Assembly: GCA_963665125.2 (NCBI GenBank)
Contig: CAXXUK010000001.1
Span: 2,240,001-2,304,000 of the forward strand
Direction of reading: 5' to 3'
Length of the DNA: 64,000 nucleotides
Source of the DNA: an uncultured Desulfarculus sp.
Lineage (GTDB): Bacteria > Desulfobacterota > Desulfarculia > Desulfarculales > Desulfarculaceae
Within the stretch, counting starts at the first letter, position 1. Each line of letters starts with the position of its first letter. The translations under genes and the position numbers were made by a program. Below the pieces are notes generated by a model. The model did no database searches, was not told the DNA's origin, and saw nothing but the letters and a program-made list of their open reading frames with translations. This document shows, piece by piece, positions 58,137-64,000 of this stretch.

Positions 58137-58169
58137 AAAAAAATGCCCGGCAGGGGGCTGCCGGGCATT
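58137..58169 (-). terminator. Terminator between the convergent molybdoenzyme and flagellar operons
   Basis: AATGCCCGGCAG-GGGG-CTGCCGGGCATT with an A-tract on the + strand. Confidence 0.7.
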
Positions 58170-58281
58170 GACCTATGCGGTCTGCGCCGCTCCAGGGGGG
58201 CAGGCGTCCTGAAGCGGTGCTTATTTAATATTACACCCGTGGAAATATTTTAGCCACATTAATTCCTAGTGAACTACATGA

Positions 58282-58974
58282 CTATTGCCCCGCCGCCGCT
58301 TCGGCCGCCTCTTTGGCCACCTTGGCAGCGTTCGCCGCTTTCTCCTGCTGGGTCAGCAGGGTGCTTATCTGGGCGGCCTTTTCAGGCTTTAGGCTGGCCA
58401 TGACCTTGCCCGCGGTGCGGCTCTGCATGCGCCGAAAGACCTCCACGGCCATGTTGATCTCCAGTTTGGAGATAACCTCGGCCGCTGGTTCGGGCCGCAT
58501 GTTGCTAAGCACCTTCACCAGTTGGGTGATACGTTCCTGACGCTGCTGGTTCTGCTTGTCTATCATGTCATCCAGGGCGGCCTGGACCTTTTTGAGCTGT
58601 TCGATGCGGTTGTTGACGTCCTTGCGCAGGCTTTCAAGTTCCTGGCGTTCCCGCTGGATGCGTTCTTCCTCAAGGGCCAGGCTCTGCTGCTTTTTTTCCA
58701 GCAACTCGATGAGCCGGGGGTCGTATTTGGCGGCCTGGCTGGGTGGTTCCTCCTGGGCTTCGCCCTCCTTGGCTTCTCCTTGTTTGGCTTCGCCTTCCTT
58801 GGCCTCGCCCTCTTCGGCCTTGGCGGCCTCTTCGGTTTTTTCCGCCTCTTGGGCGGCCACCACTGCCGGCCCATACGAAAGTTCCGGCCCGGATATGACA
58901 ACAGCCAAAAGCAAGGCAACCACCTTGAGAATCAACCCCACGGTCAGGATTCGCTCCATCATTTTGAGTTTCAT
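58282..58974 (-). CDS. MotE/YlxF-like flagellar protein (MgtE-N-like C-terminal domain)
   Basis: N-terminal TM, coiled coil and LVKVLSNMRPEPAAEVI; follows fliJ. Confidence 0.8.
   Translation of the reverse strand: MKLKMMERILTVGLILKVVALLLAVVISGPELSYGPAVVAAQEAEKTEEAAKAEEGEAKEGEAKQGEAKEGEAQEEPPSQAAKYDPRLIELLEKKQQSLALEEERIQRERQELESLRKDVNNRIEQLKKVQAALDDMIDKQNQQRQERITQLVKVLSNMRPEPAAEVISKLEINMAVEVFRRMQSRTAGKVMASLKPEKAAQISTLLTQQEKAANAAKVAKEAAEAAAGQ
58756..58815 (-). repeat. Four 15-bp coding tandem repeats (EGEAK-like)
   Basis: ggcttcgccctcctt / ggcttctccttgttt / ggcttcgccttcctt / ggcctcgccctcttc. Confidence 0.65.
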
Positions 58975-59417
58975 TGGCTGTTCTTCCTTGAGTAGTTTCT
59001 CACCGCCACTTCGTCCAGGGCAATCTGCTCCAGGCGGCGCTCATTGTCCAGATATTCGCGGAGGTGCCGTTCGCGCAACACATCCAGGGCCTTGCGGTCC
59101 CTGGTGGCAATGACCAGCTTTCCCCTTGCCAGTTCGGTCTCGGCGTTGAGCAGGCCCAGACGGGATGCCTGGCGCATCTGCTGAATTCGCAGGGTCGTGG
59201 CATAGTCTCCGGCCAGGGCGTATTCATGGGCGGGCATGCCCTTGGCGCTACGCTGGGCCAACTGCTCCCGGCGCGTGGTGACTTCCTCGGATATCCACTC
59301 CAGTTGTTTGAGGCAGTCGTGTTCGGCCTTCATCCGCTTGGCCAGCTCGGCTTGGGCCAGCTCTTCCTTGTGCCTGCGGTGTTCCAACACTGATTGCAAT
59401 CTGAAGCGAAAGGCCAT
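58971..59417 (-). CDS. fliJ: Flagellar export chaperone FliJ
   Basis: AFRFRLQSVL..R, coiled coil and EQ..LDE; directly after fliI. Confidence 0.88.
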   Translation of the reverse strand: MAFRFRLQSVLEHRRHKEELAQAELAKRMKAEHDCLKQLEWISEEVTTRREQLAQRSAKGMPAHEYALAGDYATTLRIQQMRQASRLGLLNAETELARGKLVIATRDRKALDVLRERHLREYLDNERRLEQIALDEVAVRNYSRKNSQ

Positions 59418-59428
59418 GACAAAATCCG

Positions 59429-60745
59429 TTATTGCATCAAACGCACCAGTTGGGACCGGCTGGACTTGATATCCACGCCCTGCTCAACCGGCTGGGTCAG
59501 AAATTCCTTGATTTTACTCATCATGCCGATGGCCTTGTCAATGGTCGGGTTGGTGCCCTCGGCATATGCCCCGATATTGATCAGGTCCTCATTGCGGCGG
59601 TAGGCCGCCAACAGCTCATTGAGCTTGCGGGAGGCGGCGGTGACGTCCACCGGGTTGATGTCCTTGGCCAGACGGCTGATGGACCCCAGCAACTCCACTG
59701 CCGGGTAATGGCCCTGGTCGGCCAATGATCGCGTCAGCACCACGTGGCCGTCAAGGATCGAACGCATGGCGTCGGCCACCGGCTCGGTGACGTCGTCGCC
59801 CTCCACCAATACGGTGTAGATCCCGGTGATGGAACCGCCTTCCTCAATGGTCCCGGCCCGCTCCAGCAACCGGGGAAGCTGGGCGAATACGCTGGGCGTG
59901 TAGCCTTTGGTCGTGGGCGGTTCGCCGATGCTCAGGCCAACCTCGCGCCCGGCCAGGGCAAAACGGGTCACCGAGTCCATCATCAGGATCACGTCCCGGC
60001 CCACGTCCCGGAAATATTCGGCAATGCTGGTGGCCAAATAGGCGGCGCGCATGCGCACCAGGGCCGGCTGGTCGCTGGTGGCCACCACCACCACGCTGCG
60101 GGCCAAGCCCTCGGGGCCCAGGTCGCGCTCTATGAATTCCCGCAATTCGCGGCCGCGCTCACCCACCAGGGCGATGACGCTGACATCTGCGGCCGTGTGC
60201 CGGGCGATCATGCTCATGAGTGTGGATTTACCCACGCCGGAACCGGCGAAGATGCCGATGCGCTGGCCCTTGCCCAGGGTCAGCATGGAGTTGATGACCC
60301 GCACGCCCACGTCGACCGGCTCCTTGATGCGCGGCCGGGCCATTGCCGACGGCGCCTGGCGGTAAAGCGGGTAAAGGGTTTCCCAATCGGGAGCCGGGCC
60401 GGAATCCACCGGATTTCCCAGGCCGTCCAGAACCCGGCCCAGCAGGGCGGGTCCCACCCGGACCTGGCTCTCGCTGCCGGCCGGGGAGACCAGACAGCCA
60501 GGCTTTAGTCCGCGCATGTCGGCGTAAGGCATGACCTGCATGCCCCGGGCATTGAAGCCCACAACCTCGCCCAACACTGCCTGGCCGTTGACGTGCACCT
60601 TGACGCCGGCGCCCACCGGCAGTTCCAGGCCCTGGCACTCGGCCACCAGGCCCACCACCTGGCTGATGCGGCCCATGGCGGTCATGGGGTTGCATTGCTG
60701 CAAATCCTGTTGGTAACGATCCAGCAGACCAGAGTCCATCACCAC
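59429..60745 (-). CDS. fliI: Flagellar export ATPase FliI
   Basis: GIFAGSGVGKST, GERGRE, DSVTRFA and GEPPTTKGY. Start is 60745 or 60739. Confidence 0.95.
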   Translation of the reverse strand: MVMDSGLLDRYQQDLQQCNPMTAMGRISQVVGLVAECQGLELPVGAGVKVHVNGQAVLGEVVGFNARGMQVMPYADMRGLKPGCLVSPAGSESQVRVGPALLGRVLDGLGNPVDSGPAPDWETLYPLYRQAPSAMARPRIKEPVDVGVRVINSMLTLGKGQRIGIFAGSGVGKSTLMSMIARHTAADVSVIALVGERGRELREFIERDLGPEGLARSVVVVATSDQPALVRMRAAYLATSIAEYFRDVGRDVILMMDSVTRFALAGREVGLSIGEPPTTKGYTPSVFAQLPRLLERAGTIEEGGSITGIYTVLVEGDDVTEPVADAMRSILDGHVVLTRSLADQGHYPAVELLGSISRLAKDINPVDVTAASRKLNELLAAYRRNEDLINIGAYAEGTNPTIDKAIGMMSKIKEFLTQPVEQGVDIKSSRSQLVRLMQ

Positions 60746-61632
60746 TGCTCCGGGTCGTCGGCGGGCGCGTCGCCCCAGCCGTCGTCTGCTTGCGTATCGG
60801 TCTGGGCCTCACCGTCCGTCTCCTTGGCCCTGGGGCCGGGGTCGGTGACGGCCAGTTCGGTGATATCCAGGGCCGGGCCGTTGCGCAGGCTCTGTTCTAG
60901 CTGTGCGAAGATGGCCCCGCGTCGGGTGGCCAGGGTGGCGTCTATGACCGTGTCGGCGGCCTCCACCATGCAGTCGCCGGGTCCCAGTTCATCGTCGGCA
61001 ATGACATTGACCCGCTCCAGCATGCCGAATCTTTGCAGAAGCTGCGGCTGCAACTCGTTGATGGCGCCGATATCCACGCTGGAGCAACGCACCGTCACGA
61101 TGCCGGAAGCCACTACCTGCTCAATGGCCCGCCGGACAACGCCGCCGATGAGTTTGCCGGGCAATGCATTATCGACCAAAAACAGGCCATCCACGGCCGC
61201 CTGAACCAGGGCGATTACCTCGCGCTCCAGATTGCCCAGCACATTGTGCTTGGCCCGGTCCAACGAGGCGGCAGCCGTTTCGATGTTGCTCATTGCCGCT
61301 TCGATGCGGGCGCGGCTGGCTAATTTACCTTCATCAAGGCCCTGCTGATAACCTTCTTCGTATGCCTTTTGGCGTATGGCCTCGGCCTCGGACTGGGCCT
61401 CGGCAATGCCCTGCTGGGCCTGCTGCACCTTTTCATCGGCGTCGGCCAAAATTCGCTTGGCCTGACGCTGGGCAACTTCACGGGGATCTTCCTGGGGCTT
61501 GCCCAGGTTGAGCAGCTCGAATTGATCCGGATGGTAACCGGCTGGTTTCTCCGGTTCGGGCTGGGGCTTCCGGGGCGCCTCGAATTCGCCCAGAACAAAG
61601 TCGGAAACGCTATCCCTGGCCTGGCTAGACAA
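60739..61632 (-). CDS. fliH: Flagellar assembly protein FliH
   Basis: AYEEGYQQGLDEG repeat and G.C.VE....IDA; lies between fliG and fliI. Confidence 0.88.
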   Translation of the reverse strand: MSSQARDSVSDFVLGEFEAPRKPQPEPEKPAGYHPDQFELLNLGKPQEDPREVAQRQAKRILADADEKVQQAQQGIAEAQSEAEAIRQKAYEEGYQQGLDEGKLASRARIEAAMSNIETAAASLDRAKHNVLGNLEREVIALVQAAVDGLFLVDNALPGKLIGGVVRRAIEQVVASGIVTVRCSSVDIGAINELQPQLLQRFGMLERVNVIADDELGPGDCMVEAADTVIDATLATRRGAIFAQLEQSLRNGPALDITELAVTDPGPRAKETDGEAQTDTQADDGWGDAPADDPEQW

Positions 61633-62635
61633 GGGTGTCCTCCCCGCCCTTGCCGCCGATGGCGATCTTGCCTTCCTTTTCCAGCCTGCGGGCGATCTGG
61701 ATGATCTTCTGCTGGGACTCCTCGACCTCCGACAGACGCACCGGGCCCATGACCTCCAGGTCCTCCTGGATCATTGCGGCGGCGCGCTCGGAAACGTTGC
61801 CCAAAATCTTGTCCTTGAGATCGTCGCTGGCGGTCTTGAGGGCCACGGTGAGGTCCTCGTTGCGGACCTCCTTGAGCAGGGTGCGGATGCCGCGGTCGTC
61901 GACGTTGATCAGGTCGTCGAACACGAACATGAGCTGGCGGATCTTTTCGGCCATCTCCGGGTCGTCTTCTTCCAGGCGGCCGAAGATGTGCTCCTCGGTG
62001 GCCTTGTCCACGTTGTTCAGCAACTCGGCCACGGCCTCCACGCCGCCAAGCTGCTTGGCTTCCGTGCCTTCGGTGGAGACAATCTCGCGCTGCAACACCG
62101 CATCGATCTCCTCGATGATACCCGGCGGAATTACATCCAGGCTGCTTACCCGCAGCACCACCTCGTATTGCAGGTTTTCGGGGAACTCCCGGAGGACCTC
62201 CGCCGCCTTTGACTGGGGCAGGTGGGCCAGGATCACGGCGATGGTCTGGGGATGCTCGCTCTTGATAAAGCTGGCCAGGGTCTTTGAGTCAACGGTTTTG
62301 ACCCGCTCAAAGGGGATGGGCTCCACCGAATGCTGCATGTCGGCAATCAGGTCTCTGGCCGCGTCTTCGCCCATGGCCAGGGCCAGGGCCCGTTGGGCGG
62401 TCTTGTTGCCGCCGATGAGCGGTCCGCCATCGCCCTTGAGCTTTTCCAGGAACTCCATCAATACCGAGTCGACGACCTTGGCGTCCACCTGGCTGAGTTG
62501 CTGCATGGCCAGGCCCACCTGGCGAATCTCTTCTTCATCCAGCTGCTTGAAGATTTCGGCGGCGAATTGCTCTCCCAGAGAGGCCAGAACGATGGCCGTT
62601 TTCTGGATCCCCGTAATCTTGTCGCCCGCTGCCAT
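61625..62635 (-). CDS. fliG: Flagellar motor switch protein FliG
   Basis: EHPQTIA, GGVEAVAE, MFVFDDL and GPVRLSEVE. Confidence 0.96.
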   Translation of the reverse strand: MAAGDKITGIQKTAIVLASLGEQFAAEIFKQLDEEEIRQVGLAMQQLSQVDAKVVDSVLMEFLEKLKGDGGPLIGGNKTAQRALALAMGEDAARDLIADMQHSVEPIPFERVKTVDSKTLASFIKSEHPQTIAVILAHLPQSKAAEVLREFPENLQYEVVLRVSSLDVIPPGIIEEIDAVLQREIVSTEGTEAKQLGGVEAVAELLNNVDKATEEHIFGRLEEDDPEMAEKIRQLMFVFDDLINVDDRGIRTLLKEVRNEDLTVALKTASDDLKDKILGNVSERAAAMIQEDLEVMGPVRLSEVEESQQKIIQIARRLEKEGKIAIGGKGGEDTLV

Positions 62636-62722
62636 GCTTCGCTCCTTGAGACTGCTTTATCGTCTAAAAGGCATTCTGAAGTCCGGCCCAGGGCGGATCA
62701 GCCGCCCGGAACCGGACCAGGT

Positions 62723-64000
62723 TTATGCTGCTTCGTGAATCCACCCGCGCAGTGCCGCGGTGGCCCGCTCCGGGTCCTGCTGGGCCGCCAGCAGAATCTG
62801 GTCCCTCACGCTGACCTTGCGGGCCATTGCCGCCTCGGCCAGGGCCGCTGGGGCCTCTTCGCCGGTCAATTCCTCGGCCGGGCCGACCCTGCGGGTGGCC
62901 GCGGCCAGTTCGCCCTTGGCGCTGACGTAATTGGAAGCGATCTTCAGGGCCGGACGGACAACCAGCAGGAAAAACAGCAGGGCCAGGACTATGTTGAGCG
63001 CCGGACGGCTCCACTCCTTGACATAATCTTCCCATGTCTTCGCGGCAAAGTCACCCAAATCGGACGGCAGGTGGAAAGGAATGTTGGCCAGGGTCACCTG
63101 GTCGCCGCGCTTGTCGTCAAAGCCCACGGCCTGGCGCACCAACTGGGTGAGCTGCTGCATTTCCTCGGCGCTGCGGGGTGCGAATTCCCGGGTCACCTTG
63201 CCTTCGGGGTCGGCGGTTTCCTTATAGGGCCCGTCCACCATCACCGCCACGGTGATGCGATCCAGGCCGCCGATGGCCTGGACGATCTGCTTCTGGGTGC
63301 GGCTGATTTCGTAGTTGGTGGTTTCGTTTTCCGTGTTGTTCTTGCTCTGGCCCTGGGCCTCTTCCGGGTTGGCGTTGGCTTCGGCCAGGGTGTAGCGCTG
63401 GTCGGGCGAACCCATTGGCATGTTGTTCATGCTGTTGGTGCTCTTGTCGCTGGCCCGGGTTTCGGAGCGCACGACCACCTGATCCGGGTCATACAGATCC
63501 TGGGTGGTGGCTGTACGGGTGAAGTCTATGTCCGCGTTAACCCGCACCACGGCCCGGCCCGGCCCGAGGACCTGCTCAAGCATGGATTGCACCTTGGCCG
63601 AAAGCCCGCGCTCGATGTTTTTCTGATAGTCCAACTGGCTTGCCGTAAGGGCGGCCGGGAAACCGTCTTTGTCGGTTTCCTTGCGATAGATCAGGTTGCC
63701 CCTGGTGTCGACGATAGTGACCCTGTCGTCGGTGAGGTCGGGCACCGAGCTGGACACCAGATTGACGATGCCGGCGATCTGGTTGGGCGTCAAGGCCTTG
63801 CCCCGCACCAGGCGCACCACCACGGCGGCGCTGGGCTTCTTTTCTTCCTCGACGAACAGCGATTCGCGGGGCAACACGATATGCACCCGGGCGTCTTCGA
63901 TTTCGGTAAAGCTCGATATGGTCCGGGCCAGTTCGCCCTGCAGGGCCCGCTGGAAATTGATGCGCTGGACAAAATCCGTGGTGCCCATCTGAATTTCATT
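62723..64000 (-). CDS. fliF: Flagellar MS-ring protein FliF (5'-truncated by window edge)
   Basis: RALQGELARTI, ARVHIVLP..SLF, NYEISRT and AVGFD..RGD; frame open to the edge. Confidence 0.95.
   Translation of the reverse strand, partial: NEIQMGTTDFVQRINFQRALQGELARTISSFTEIEDARVHIVLPRESLFVEEEKKPSAAVVVRLVRGKALTPNQIAGIVNLVSSSVPDLTDDRVTIVDTRGNLIYRKETDKDGFPAALTASQLDYQKNIERGLSAKVQSMLEQVLGPGRAVVRVNADIDFTRTATTQDLYDPDQVVVRSETRASDKSTNSMNNMPMGSPDQRYTLAEANANPEEAQGQSKNNTENETTNYEISRTQKQIVQAIGGLDRITVAVMVDGPYKETADPEGKVTREFAPRSAEEMQQLTQLVRQAVGFDDKRGDQVTLANIPFHLPSDLGDFAAKTWEDYVKEWSRPALNIVLALLFFLLVVRPALKIASNYVSAKGELAAATRRVGPAEELTGEEAPAALAEAAMARKVSVRDQILLAAQQDPERATAALRGWIHEAA

Overview
This is a GC-rich bacterial chromosome segment. 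Gene content (AOR, DsrE2, DivIVA-YggU, DUF6485/DUF1847-like proteins, Rrf2/Fe-S cluster, polar-type flagellar genes) suggests an anaerobic Desulfobacterota (deltaproteobacterial) organism; this taxonomy is inference. About 65 CDS can be supported. Housekeeping genes include ftsK, plsC, ssb, cobB, nadK, miaB, mreB, mutM, tRNA-Pro(CGG) and fliF-G-H-I-J. Accessory regions include a lipid-catabolic-looking block (2.5-14.7 kb), an Rrf2/Fe-S stress operon, tandem secreted alpha/beta hydrolases, a Q/N-repeat secreted protein, an orphan oversized sigma54-driven FlgL, and an AOR/molybdoenzyme operon. No IS, integrase, prophage, rRNA or CRISPR array was seen. The best candidate for an undescribed system is the four-gene operon at 2549-7982. 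It encodes a fold-type III PLP aldolase, a GMC oxidoreductase, an ALDH fused to an extra N-terminal domain, and an SDR carrying the 3-ketodihydrosphingosine reductase signature, which together suggest a phosphorylation-independent sphingoid-base degradation route. All product calls come from motif recognition by eye; no database search was run.
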